Under the pieces are notes generated by a model. It did not search any database and had not been told where the DNA came from. It worked only from the letters and a program-made list of their open reading frames with translations. A DNA stretch of 61,200 nucleotides, counting the filler, from Sphacelaria rigidula (lineage: Eukaryota), in NCBI GenBank assembly GCA_964200075.2. It is 8 parts of 8 records of this genome, joined end to end, with 100 filler letters (N's around TTAATTAATTAA, not from the genome) between each part and the next. Parts side by side here need not be neighbours in the genome. Positions count along the whole stretch, not along the records: positions 22,990 to 30,552 come from CAXNAA020014322.1; positions 30,653 to 38,214 come from CAXNAA020014323.1; 6 more parts are not named here. One strand, written 5' to 3'. Shown in pieces: positions 25,766 to 37,946 of the stretch (its first letter is position 1; each line of letters opens with the position of its first letter). A program made the translations under genes and the position numbers.

Positions 25766-27325
25766 TGTTGCCTAGCTTACGCAGTGAGGGGCGTGTTTTT
25801 ATAGCGTCATCGCCAACCGACGCCAATCCCATCGGAGGTCCGCCCCTTCAATGCCGGGACGGAGCACGCCGGGTTGTCGCGGGATCAGTGAGGAGGGGGT
25901 GGGGCAGAAACCAGAGGTCCCCTACTTCCGTCATTCCACAAAACATTTTTTTTAATTCGTGTAGCGTGTCTTTTGATTAGATAGTTGATCGTCGCTGTGA
26001 ATGCGAGGTGTTTCTGTTGCTGCCTTTTACCTCGTCAAAGAATAGAAGAGGAAAACGTGTCGCAAATAAACTCGCACATGCTTGTATCGTAAGAGGATCC
26101 CGGCCTCTCCCTTGAATCTTCCTTACAATAGTACGTACGTGCGTACAACGGGGCGATTTTCACGGAAGGACTCTGGGTTTTACTGGGCGTTATTCAGTTT
26201 GCTCTTGATTATAAAAACAACTACTTGCTTTGTTGTTTTTGTTGTCAGGTGCGCCCATTGCCACCACCGGGTATCGTGGCTCCGTATACGGTAGAGGGAA
26301 CAGTTGTCTCTGAAGGGGGTCCACAACGAAATTAGTTCTCCGAGAAGAGTAGAAAACTTAGCAAAGAGAATAATGATCGCCCGTTTGAAACGATCAGGTG
26401 ACGTTGTTCGCGCGCGGGGGTAAGGGGGAGGGGGAGTTCGAGACTGGAAGGTATGATCGCTAGTTTTGGACGTGGCTGTGTTTCGGAAAGGAGTTGTTTC
26501 TGTTGTCTCTTATTTATGAGAGGATAAGGAGGGGGGTGGTGGTGGTGGTGGTGGGGACGAACGTGCTCATGTGGTGTTGAAAGTAGAGATCACGCGTGCT
26601 GTGAAGAAGCAAGATATTGTTTTATTCCGAAGGTGCCTCGGTTATCATCACGTGAGTCGCTTATCGTGGATGTGAAGGATATCCCGAGCGTAAATGAGGG
26701 ATGATGGAAGTATCATTCAGCGATCACATGTCTGCGAGCACAAGAAGTGGAGGATCCGTGTATGTGGAGTACAGAACTGAATTTTGTAGGGCGCTGAGTA
26801 GTGTGGGTTGCCCCCGAGTACCAGGAATTATAGGTGTCGTATGCCTGTGGTTTTTTTGCCCCCGTTCCCCCCATCCCTTCCACTCCCCTTTCCCCTCCCC
26901 ACGGAATACCATTCCGCCAACTATATTCTACGCTGACCACCTTTGCGTTGTTGCTGCCCGAAGGGTGTGCCGTGGTATGACTTGAGTCCCAAGTATCATC
27001 TGCCGAAGATACTAAGGTTCATCGGGCATCTGGCGTTTTTTTTACTTCGAAAATATTGATCCTGGAACATGACCACACCAGAATACGCGGGGCCATCCAT
27101 ACCATGGGATTGATTCGCTTCACCCTTCTGTTTCGCTTTGCCCCCTCTCACCCTCTTCCTCTGAGAAAAGTGAACAAGACCCCACCACGACGGTTCGACA
27201 ACCTTTGTTTTTATTTTTCGTGTCTCCTAACGGCTGAACGATTCATCAACGTGAGAAACGGACGGTTATTTTGCTGCGTGCGTGTGCCGTGTGTGTATAT
27301 CTTCGTGTCTTGATGTACTGCGTAG

Positions 27326-27478
27326 CCGTTGGCCAGCATGCTGGGCGAGTTCACGGAGGAGGTGGCCGCTCACACGAACCAAACGCTGGGGGGGCTGATC
27401 CAGGCTACACTCGGAAACGCAGTGGAGATTGTCGTTGCTCTCCAGGCGCTGTACGCTAACCAAATAAGGGTTGTCCAG
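27326..27478 (+). CDS. CAX: CAX exon with alpha-1 repeat GNxxE
   Basis: TAG acceptor, 153 nt, PLASMLGEFTEEVAAHTNQTLGGLIQATLGNAVEIVVALQALYANQIRVVQ, CAG|GTGAG donor; downstream exons not found in this contig. Confidence 0.92.
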
Positions 27479-27726
27479 GTGAGAAAAAATTAATCCATCA
27501 CCGATCAGTGCGGTTTTCGACCTCTCGCTATATTATACGGAGTACATATTTTTTCAAGTCACACTCTGAACTTCTCCCTTTCCTTGGGATGAGTCTGTGG
27601 TCTCGAGGAATCAAGCCATCTCTCCCCCGTTGCACATGTTGCATTTTGATGTCGCGCATTGCATCAGCGCTCCTGCACCGGGTCAACTATCGTCAAACAA
27701 ACTCAGTCAACAGTTATATGTAAACA

Positions 27727-27940
27727 AGGGCTTCGGCGGCTTTCCCGTCACGCTCAGTCGATGGAATTCTGAGATGCTGAGCACCGGTGATGAGTCATGT
27801 GCGTCGCATGATGGCACATGGCAAAGTTTGAAGAAGAAGCCGTAGCTACTCATCAGCTGGGTACGTTGTGCATGACCTTGCACGGATCGTTCCAGAATTC
27901 AATGAGAAACGGAGTTTTTGAGACGCCGCACAGCACACCC
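27727..27940 (+). repeat. Abundant dispersed repeat (possible hAT-type MITE, CAGGGG end)
   Basis: Copies at 3062-3195, 18130-18245, 40410-40622 (minus) and 55718-55785, linked by overlapping shared blocks such as GATCGACAGCCAAG, GAGCACCGGTG and GCTGAGCA. Confidence 0.65.
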
Positions 27941-28518
27941 ACAAAAAGGGTCAGCACCCGTTCAACTGATGGCCGAGTCGAATGTGACAAAGGAGTGACC
28001 GTTGGTGTTTCTCAGAGATTTTCCTGCAAATACCAAAGCGGCACGGAAGATCTGAGACGAGAGCGTTTCAACGAGTTTTGAGAGCGGGGCACGAAGTGCC
28101 TGTCGACCCAAGTATGAGGAAAAAAAATGACTGCAGTGACTCGGTTGACCGTTCCGGCCAGGACGCGGATTCCAATTCCAAGTCAAAATGATGCTGATAA
28201 AAATATGATGAATAAAAAACGCTGTAGCAACGGAACAGAAACAGTGAGAAAGGAAGAGACATGTGTGTGAGATCGAAACACGCTCGAGGTCTAACGTCCA
28301 TACAGAACACAACGCGGGAAGCAATGTACTCCAAACCCAAGCCGAAATGAAATGCGCCCCAATGTCTGATATAGTGGAATGCAAAAGAGTGAATGATCGG
28401 CAATGATGTGCTCGAAAGTGATGCCGATCAAGAAGTCTGAAAACGAGGCGGCCGATCGTTTCAGACATGAAATCGATCCAATTTAATGAATCGAAATGAT
28501 GTCGATCAAAACAGTGTA

Positions 28519-29111
28519 CGAGCTGGGCCAGCTGACACCGATTTTTGAATGATTCCGGGCCCGGCTGTGGGTAATTCGAGAAGTTGAGCGTGAAATTTGG
28601 ACACGACATTTTTATCATCGACACGCACAACCTTCCGGGAAATGTAACGAAAAAAAGAAGGAAAAAACAGAAAGTTGGAGCTATTTGAAGAGTCTGCAAG
28701 AAGTGGAAGAATATTATGAGTCCGTGAATACAAAGAAATACGTCAGCATCCCTCGGGTTGTTGTGCGCACTTGTGTGCAGGAGATTCGGGTGCAATTTCG
28801 GCTAAAATACCTCAACTTGGGCGCAGCAGCGCACTTTTCGTGCGACACCGCTGCGCTTATCTAACCTAACTCATACAGGAGACACCAGTTATGGAGATCA
28901 CGAGTTCGAATCCCGACGGATTACTTTTTTCTCGGCTCCGAAAGTAAGGTCATATATTATTTTTTTCGATTCTTTCTTCATTCAGCAGCGATGCCGTGGG
29001 TACCAGGTTGGTCTGCAGGTCACATCGATATACTCAAGTTGGGCTGATTTGGGTAACTTGATGAGTTATGGTGTGAAATGTAAATGCGGGATTTACTGCT
29101 GGCCTAGCTCG
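28519..29111. mobile_element. TA-flanked MITE with CGAGCTGGGCCAGC TIR (Tc1/mariner-like)
   Basis: TA-CGAGCTGGGCCAGC ... GCTGGCCTAGCTCG-TA. Confidence 0.7.
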
Positions 29112-31590
29112 TAGAACGAAGCGGTGGATACGCACTCTAAAATCAAGTCAAGTCAAAACGGTGGCGTCTCAAGCGTCGACAGGAAAATGACACCTGTCTG
29201 CAGGAAATACATTCGACAAAAATGTCGAATGACCTATAATTGATAGACAATAACATCGAGTAAAAACGAAGTGCGGGCCTGTCAGAGCTTGAGAGAACGA
29301 AGTGACGCCTGTCTGCAGGGAAGGAAGCGTTGGTGACTGATCATGTATTCACAACGTTTTTGGCGCTTCCCGCCACCGCCGAAATCAGCGATTCCAAGGC
29401 AAAGGACATTTTGGCGTGTTTGGCGCCGAAGATATGATTTGGAGGTAATTTATGTATTTTGAGCAAAAAATAGGCCTCTAGAAGGAGCATACGAGTAAGC
29501 TCTTGTGTGTAGACTGGCGATCGCATGCATGCGCGACTCTGCCGTTCGGGTTTGACATCATTGGTCATGCTGAAATTGCACAGAATACAATCATCGTTAT
29601 TCCTCAAACATCGTCCACGAGAAAATCTCACAGAAAACAAGGAAGCCAACTGCGCAGAACTTGTCGTTTTCGGTCAAGGGTCGTCAGTACGGCGAACTCG
29701 CAGAAGACACTGATTCTGTACTGATTCCGTGCAAAACCAAAAATCAACCGTTTAGCGCACAGAAGAGACACGGCAGCTCAGGGGTGGGAGGCTAAAAGGA
29801 TACACTGGATAACTCATTATCAGAGCGCTCAACGCTACAAACTGCAGACCACCACAATCTGAGGGAAACCGTTCATGCCCCCAAGAGGTCTCAACTAAGC
29901 CATGCGCCCAGAGAGCTTACGCGGTACTCCAGGCGAAAGTCTCGCGGAAAACGACGGATCCTGACCACGCCATTTGATTTCGGACCAACTTGTGGGCTAA
30001 CGTTGCCCCTCTTTTGTTTCCGCTGATTCAGTACATTTAAAACGTGATCAAGAGTCGGCAATTGAGTGCGTGGTATGTAGGAATACATACCAAACATTCG
30101 CCATAGCTATCAAGAGTCGAAAATTGAGGGCATGGCACGTGGGACTACATGGAAGTTTTTTGCAGCACGCTGGTGAGGTCTCATCGTTTGGCCCGTGGTT
30201 TTTCCTAGGGATGAAGTAGCCATACCCGGTGGTGGCATCCACCGTGCCTTCCTGTCGCATACGCACGGTGGTGATCCTGACTATTCTAGGGGTTCATGGT
30301 GATGGTGCCGAATGTGTGATGGTACCTCTCATGCGTGCAAAAGCACCGTCATCTACCTCGTCCGCAAGCGACTAATATTTCGAATGATACGCACCCCCGA
30401 TGGTGAGGCCAGCGAAAAGGCCACCTGCACGACTGGGCGCCATGAAGCTTGAACGTATGCTGAAAACTTTGATTCCCCCCCCCCGCCCGCCCCCCCCAGC
30501 TCTCAGCCCCCCCCCCCCCCCCCCCCCGCCCCCCCCCCCCCCCCCCCCCGCCNNNNNNNNNNNNNNNNNNNNNNNNNNNNNNNNNNNNNNNNNNNNTTAA
30601 TTAATTAANNNNNNNNNNNNNNNNNNNNNNNNNNNNNNNNNNNNNNNNNNNNCCATAAATAACAAAAACCCCCTTTCCGGCGTGGAAAGTCTGAAAATGG
30701 TTTTTTTTTGAATGAAACGGGGGTCCCCCCCCCCCCCCCGAAAATTCGATCATGAGTACACCCCGAAAATTCGGAGATATCGGGGGAAAAAACAGACTCT
30801 AAAAGGGCTATCTAGAACGATGCGTTTTCTCAGACTTTTTCCACTACTTCCCCTGATTTTTTTTCCAACTTTTCCAACTTTTCAAGAGTAAAAATATGCT
30901 TTGTGGTCAGCCTTACCTTAATTTATGGCTTGGCCTGGGGAAAAAGTCTGCCTTTTGTGGAACCCGCGTAAATCGCGGGAGGTTCGTTCTTCTCTGAGGA
31001 GTCCATTTCTTAGTTTCTCAGCCTCTGGAGATGCAAGACCGTTGGATATCCCATCACATGCACAACTCTCCATTTATTCAGAACGTCTCTCGATGAGGCA
31101 TCCATATCATCGTCGAACTCATGCTGCATATTCTCTCTACAAATGAAAGCCCCGCTTTCTGAAAACTGCCGCAAGAGTTCTGTGTCCTACTTAGGGTTAG
31201 CGTGTCATATTGCACCAGTTCTGTGTCCTACTTACAGTCAGCGTCTCATATTATTGCAATAGTTATTAAATGTCTTCTGCTGCTGTTGTTGTGTGTACCG
31301 TATTCCACAACATCGTCATATTTTCGGGGAGCAAGTATTTTCCTTCTGAACAAATCGGCGAAGTCTGAAAAATAACAGCCTCGTCAGTAGTTTCGACCCG
31401 TGATACGCCTCACATTACTTTCAACTTCAGAGTGCCCAAAAGCTTCAAGTTCTTCTGGACTGGAGAGCAGCGGGCAATCAAAGAACGGTTTGCCTTCGTA
31501 GGGTTCCTCCCTCTGTGCCCCGTTGCCCGGAGATTCTCGACATGAATTTGGACGGGGTTGGGACTAAGGCTACTTCTTATGTATTGAATA

Positions 31591-31982
31591 ATAAAACTTG
31601 TTGAAAAGTGCATTTTTGGCCTTTCTCCGTCGTTTCCCCCCCGAAAAGAGGGCTAGGCGGCTGTTGACACCTTGGAATACTTGTTCTACTCGCCGAGACG
31701 GTCCCAGAGCACCTTCGCGTTTCCCGTAGGTCACAGTTTCGTTTTTGGCCAAACTTGCATTTTCAATAACAAACGGTCAAGTTACCAAAAAAATGTCAGT
31801 TGTTATTGAAAATGCAAGTTTGACCAAAAACGAAACCGCGACCGATGGGAAACGCAAAGGTGCTCTGGGACTGTCTCAGCGAGTAAAGCGAGTAGTTCCG
31901 AAGTGTCAACAGCCGCCTAGTCCTCTTTTCGGGGGAAAAACGACGGATATGGGCCAAAAATGCACTTTTCAACAAGTTTTAT
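31591..31982. mobile_element. Foldback/MITE element (~390 bp palindrome)
   Basis: ATAAAACTTGTTGAAAAGTGCATTTTTGGCC / GGCCAAAAATGCACTTTTCAACAAGTTTTAT with internal pairing; same family as 4513-4986. Confidence 0.8.
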
Positions 31983-32564
31983 ATTTTTTTCGTTCGAAGA
32001 AAAAGTGCGGTGGAATTGTTTTGAGCGATTTCGTTTATTTCTCGCGAGTTGGTCCAGCGAATTTGCAAGCATTCGATGGAACAATAATGACTGAAATTCG
32101 CGAATCGGCATTCGCTTCATTTCATCACTGTTCACTTGTCCACAGCACGGACAGTACTACTGGCTGTACCATCTATCTGTACTGTCTGCATGCAGTGTGT
32201 GCGTGTTTCGTACAGTAGGCCATGAAGAAGAAGAAGCGGGCAACGTGCAGTACCGACAGAACATGACTACCTGCACTCTGCATATGATGCGACGTGAATA
32301 GGGCTTGGACAAAGTATGGTTTTGTACTTCCCGCGCTGTCCACGAGCGTACGCGAGTCGGTCGCCCATCCTACCAAGCAATTTCGTCGCCGACCCCGACC
32401 ATAGAACAGAAGATGCTCAAGTTTTCGCTCAACAAAAAATAAAAACATTGTATGCCCAACTATTGCAGTTTATCCATCTCTGTGCTCTACTCCTCCGCTA
32501 TGCCGCAGGGTTGTGGTGAAAGCTGAAAATGAAATGTATCGGTTTCACCGTTAGGACGAATCAT

Positions 32565-32797
32565 CACGGGTTCGAATCACCACATCCAAGTTTTTTTCGG
32601 CCTGATTGCCCAGACGGCAAAAAGAAGTTGACCGCTCGTCCAAGGGGTATCCACGCAACTTTTGCGCCATTCCACGTGTCTGGGCTGCGTGTACGTGGGT
32701 TGCAACGCTGCAAAGCCTAGGGATTGATTCGTACGAGTCGAATCCTTTAAACTAAAACCAAGTGATTTCCAGACGAATCATTATTTGTCCGACCCTT
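32565..32797 (+). repeat. SINE-like repeat, family 3
   Basis: Colinear with 43135-43390; B-box-like GGTTCGAATC at about 32569. Confidence 0.6.
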
Positions 32798-32931
32798 GAT
32801 GGGTTTTGCACTGTTCTGTGAACCGGTGGTATCTGGCATTTCAACATTTTGGCTCTCATGTACTGTACGATCCATCAACATTTTGCACCGAAGTACTGCA
32901 CTGCACTGTGCGAGAAAACTGCTGCCATAAT

Positions 32932-33150
32932 AGAGGAAAGAGGTATCTCAAACTCAGTTCCCTGTTTCCTGGTTTATTCGCTGGCTTTCGGGTTTGTACC
33001 ATTTTTCAGGGGAGAGTGATTGCAATTCATAAGACGACTTGACCTGTCGGTCAAAGGATCTCATCATCTAATGAATCGCTTTCATTTTCACTTGAGAGAA
33101 CATAGAGCAAAACAAACCAGGAAACCGGAAGCCAAGTTTGAGGTACCTCT
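32932..33150. mobile_element. ~212-bp MITE with AGAGGTATCTCAAACT TIR
   Basis: Second copy of 57263-57474; AAT on both flanks if the element starts at the first AGAGG. Confidence 0.7.
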
Positions 33151-34818
33151 AATAATGTGCCGTAACGGCTGTGTTGTTGCCCGCGCGTGCCACCGCACGA
33201 TGACAGCAGTCTGTGGATGCAATGGTCATGTGACCACGGCTAGATCCCTGGGGAATCAGGTACGTATAGTGCATGCGACCATCAATCAGTCCATCAATCA
33301 AGCAAGTATTACAAGAAATACTGAAATACTGTAGCTCAAACTAGGCGTGCCGTGTTGTGCTCACCGGCGAACGTATTCTCACAGTCAATTACCTCTGTAC
33401 GTCAACGAACCCGCCTTTCAATCCTTCGTAAGTCACGGCGGGTTATCTGTACTCGGAAGACCGGAACATGTGGGTGGCGCGTTTTGCGGAGAAAAGCAGG
33501 CGCTGCTGAAGACACCCCACCCAGTGCCACACCACGCAACTGCTGAATCTACTGCATGTGCTACTGCTCAGCTCAGCCCAGAAAATTGATCGGATCGCAA
33601 CGACGAAACTGTGGCCGCACGTCGACCGGCAAGCGTCAGCTGAAATGTGAGCAAGGACACCCTGCAGGCGTAACACAAAACACCGACCACAGCAGTGGTG
33701 GGGCAATTGCTTGAAATGTTTCACAAGGCCCGCACCATCAAAATAGTAGATACCCTCGGCCGCTCTAGTCATGGAAGCACTATTATATAGTGTACGGCGT
33801 ACGCAAAACATGATGGCCTACAAAGAACACCACCACCCAGAGCACACAGGCACTTAGAATCCACGCGTCGAAACCGGGCATGCCCCTCCACCTTTTCAGG
33901 CAATATGCTTCTCACCGTTTGCACCATGCCAACGGCTTCGAGTCTCTCCCCAAAGCACAGCCAAGTCTCTCCCCAACGCACAACCAAGTCATCAACCATG
34001 ATCACTCTCATGCCAACAGTTGCAACCCGCAACAGAAGATTCACGTTACGCTATATATAGATGCTTGCACTACAAATGCACGGGCGCGCGACGACCAAGC
34101 ATGTTGTGCCCATCAAGTGAGTACATGGCTGGTGAAACAATTGAGGAATCTCACCTGACGCTGGTGGTGATTATGCTCTTGTACAGTGATGCTCGTATAT
34201 GCTTCGCCGCAGATGACCTTGGTGGACAGAGGCTGGAATGTGGTGAGGTGGGTGGGGGATGCGCCAATTCGATCTGCGGCGATCTGGTCTCATTTAGGAT
34301 CTTCGGATCGAATTGCATACTTCTTGGAAAATGATGGTGGCATCTGAACTGCTGTTGCCAACTCAATACGAAATTCGGTGTATCCATACCCTCTCACGCT
34401 CACACATACGATAATTACTGGATCGGGATTGATTTCAGTTTCGGTGTAACTACAACGGCCTTCTCTCAAGGCAATGGGTTATCTTGTGGCAGGAAGGAGG
34501 TGCTTCGAAAGGTCGTGAAAAATCGGGAACGATGTGGGATTTCGGTTCGTCTTCCGAACCTCCAGGAGACCTAAGGAAATGTACGTAAATATCGGTTGGC
34601 ACTTGATTTTACTTGATTTCAGACTGAAGAAAGTTCTTCGAAAACATTCATGACTTGGGGCAGGTGAGAAGTGGAGGACCCTTCTTGAGCAGTAGACCCA
34701 CATTTCTTCAGGTCCCCTCCTTCCGAAACGGCTCGAAACATGTCGAGTCTGTGAGAGATTCGTTTTTGGGTGCAGATACTGTAGCTTTGCAATCTACGAG
34801 GTAGGGTCAACGGTAATA

Positions 34819-35628
34819 CTCCCTCTGATCCGGAATATAAGCGGGATTTGGACAAAAAGCTGCCCATCTTGGGCCCATGTGACTCTTTTTTCGAACTTTT
34901 TTTCACCGGTTTCGCCTCATTCACGCCGAACAGCCAGAACCGACGCTTTTGCAATCATCCATGAAAAAACATGTGTCCCACCCCGGCACAAGTCCCTGAA
35001 AATCACCACCCCAACTTTGAACACCCGGTCAAAAGCCTCCCCTCTTCTAGGGAGGCATGTCCGCTGCTGGGAGTTCCTCCCAGCTGGTAAAACGCAAGAA
35101 TTTCACCGACTTGAAGAAAGAGGAGGTGATTCGGTTCCTTCTCGCCGGCAGCGCGCGGCCGGGGTTGTGACAAACGGTTCGCACAAGGCGACCACGGGGA
35201 AGTTCGGCTGCCACCCGGACACGATTACGAGATTATTGTGGAAGAGGCACGACGTGCAGTGTAAAGCAGGAGTCGCTAGCCAAAAGCTGGGAAACCGTCG
35301 CAAGGGAAACAGCGGCCAGAAGGGTATCTATCCCCATCGAGGAGCGCACTCGTGGTTCCTCGATGGGGATACCCTTCTGGCCGCTGTTTCCCTTGCTGCG
35401 ACGGTTTCCTTGCTCTGGGCTAGCAACTCCTGCTTTACACCGCACACTGTACTTCTTCCACAATCTAGAAATCGTGTCCGGGTGGCAGCCGAACTTCTCC
35501 GCGGCCGCCTTGTATGAACCGTGTGTCAGAACCCCGGCCGTGCTGCCAGCTAGAACCGAATCATCCCCTCTTTTTCCAAATCGGTGAAATTCTTGCGTTT
35601 TGCCACCTGGGAGGCACTCCCAGCAGCG
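34819..35628. mobile_element. Plant-type mariner 5' end (Stowaway TIR) with inverted duplication of the transposase N-terminus
   Basis: TA-CTCCCTCTGATCCGGAATATAAG at 34817; palindrome 35062-35628 whose arms each encode, with frameshifts, KRKNFTDL.K...IRF..AGS.AGV.T.GS.KA...KFGCHPDTI.RLW...GNRR(S)KGNSGQKGI. Confidence 0.75.
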
Positions 35629-35916
35629 CCCCCCCCGCCCCCGAAATTGATGTCCTGGCTTTCCTTTTCGACATACGGGTCGTTGCTGTCATGAAAACAC
35701 GCGGGAAGCCGTCTTTATTACTGCGAGGATGCACCATCATCAGCCCGCAGCCGTTTCCCCCGCGTCCGTGCGTATCAGGCTAGATTTTCCTCAAGGCCAC
35801 CAACCAGGGGATGAAAAAACGAACCACCCGCTCCCCACCCTCCGATATTTTGTTTCGTCCAATGCGATATCTGCTGGTATATCAAACTTGTCCGACGTCA
35901 CACAGTGTAGAGACTA

Positions 35917-36769
35917 CGAGCTGGGCCAGCCTAAAAACGGATTTATGCTCTCAAAAGCAATATCTCATCGACACAGACTAGTTGGGTCGTGATCCGCATA
36001 TCGTATGAATCGTCCAATCGAGGGGAAGGTGCCCATCTGCTCAAAATTTTGGGCCCATATTTTCTCGTTGATTAAACCACATGTCTAGTAATTATTCCTA
36101 TACCTAAGGGAAAAAGCGCCAATACTAAAATCTCTATGGAACTCCCGATCGATGTATTCAGCGGATGGCGACGAATCTTGGTGTGGAGAACCACAAAAGA
36201 GTGCCGAATAAAAAAGAATGGGCCCTCCATTTTTTTTTTTCATAGACGTTAGGGCGTTCTCGTGAAATATAGTCTTTGCCAAAGTAGAACGCCCTAAACC
36301 ACTGGGAAAAAATGAAAAAAAATTAACCCGACCATAACCATTTGTTAATTATACCTTAGAGAGCGCCCACACAAGATTTCAATACACAAACACCAAACGT
36401 GGGCCGGTAAATGGCCTTCAAAATACTGTTCCGATTTTTTCTGACCCTGTCACTAAACGGCCCATCATACCGTCAATACTTGGAGTTGGACCCTGAAATT
36501 TGGTATGGACAATGAGTAGGGCATAATAAAAAGAAATTATGGTGTACACAAGTTTTTTTTTCTTTTTTCATGAGTTAAGGGCAATAATCAGTTTTCAGAT
36601 ATCGGTAAAATGCCCCTAACTCATGAAGAAAAAAAAACTTGTGTACGCCAGTAAGTTTTTTTATCATGCCCTACTCATTGTCCATACCAAATTTCAGAGT
36701 CCAACTCCAAGTGTTGGCCGTATAATGGGCCTGCAAACTGCAGAATCGCTTCTCGGCTGGCCCAGCTCG
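35917..36769. mobile_element. TA-flanked element with CGAGCTGGGCCAGCC TIR and internal foldback (36459-36731)
   Basis: Perfect 15-bp TIRs with TA on both sides; homologous to 55854-56908. Confidence 0.8.
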
Positions 36770-37346
36770 TACCAAATTTGAAAGGCCAACTCTCGAAATT
36801 GACGTCAGAATGGGCGATCTAGAACCTGGGCTGGTCAAGATTCGGAACAGTATATTTGTCGGCAATTTACCACCCTAGTCGTGGTGATATTTATTTTTGC
36901 TTCGACATTTCGTGTGGAGAATCCCTAGGGCATAATGAAACAAAACGAATTAGGACGTGTTGTAATTATTTTCCCACGAGTTGAGGACGTTTAAGCACCG
37001 GTAGTTCGTGTAGGAAGGGCCATTCTTTCACAAAAACACCTTGAACTCATGACAAAAACGAAGGCCCACTTCTGTTTCATTTCCAGAACAATAACCTCAC
37101 GATTCTCCGTATTCAATTTCGAAGCATATTTCTAAAACATGAGCTGAGCAACTGCGTTAAGCACCAAAAACGTTGTCCATTAATAAAAAACCTCGACTCA
37201 TGAGAAAAAAAAGGTTCTGGACGTTTCGTTAATTATTTTGCCCTTTCGATACTCCATTCTGTACCAAATTTCGAAGCAGGACAAGACCCTCAAAACTGAG
37301 ACGCGGAATCCAGATTCTCACTGCATCCAGATTCTCACTGACTGCA

Positions 37347-37946
37347 TCCAGATTCTCGCTGAAATCGTATCTACACTCGCACTGATATCTTGAAATGCGT
37401 CACCTGATGATCTTAGAGTGGGGGGAGGCAAGATACTTCAACTGAGTATGCATGGACCGCGTCACTTTTGATAGATCTTGGACTAGCTTTGGCATGTTCC
37501 TTGAACTGAGTATAGAGTCACTGCATTTCGTATCTTCACTCTATAGCCAAACGATACCAAGCCGTAGTTTTCAGTATAATCGCGTGCATGATTGAAGCAG
37601 TGGTAGGGGACAGGGGATCCTGGATTAATGACCCTCATCTGTGTGGCCCCTTGCTGTCTGGCTCTTGATGCGGTCTGTTGAGGATCACTCCGTGATAATA
37701 ACAAGTGAAAAGAAAGGACTTGTCGAGCACGAGGTCAGTACTCTACTGGAGGAGTCCCTTGTGGAAAGTCCTCTTGTCCAGATTCCCGCTGAAATCGTAT
37801 CTACACTCGCACTGATATCTTGAAACGCGTTACCTGATGATCTTAGAGGGAGGGGAGGCAAGATACTTCATCTAAGTATGCATGGACCTCGTCACTAGAT
37901 CTTGGACTACTAGCTTTGGCAAGTATCTTGAACTGTATGAGTATAG
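37347..37946. repeat. Two ~170-bp direct repeats, 430-bp period
   Basis: 37347-37515 vs 37777-37946 (GCTGAAATCGTATCTACACTCGCACTGATATCTTGAAA..). Confidence 0.8.

Noticed and set aside
26250-26290. Extra CAX mini-exon
   Set aside because: The flanking exons already join as the conserved MI|PLA sequence, leaving no room.
27962-28795. 277-aa minus-strand ORF
   Set aside because: No recognisable domain, crosses a MITE boundary and lies antisense just downstream of a CAX splice donor; likely chance.
34879-35517. 212-aa ORF as an intact gene
   Set aside because: It runs through the palindrome centre into the antisense arm; only part is transposase-derived.
37404-37445. Hammerhead ribozymes at CTGATGA sites (also near 6359, 27850 minus, 49006)
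   Set aside because: No GAAA after a stem II in any case checked.
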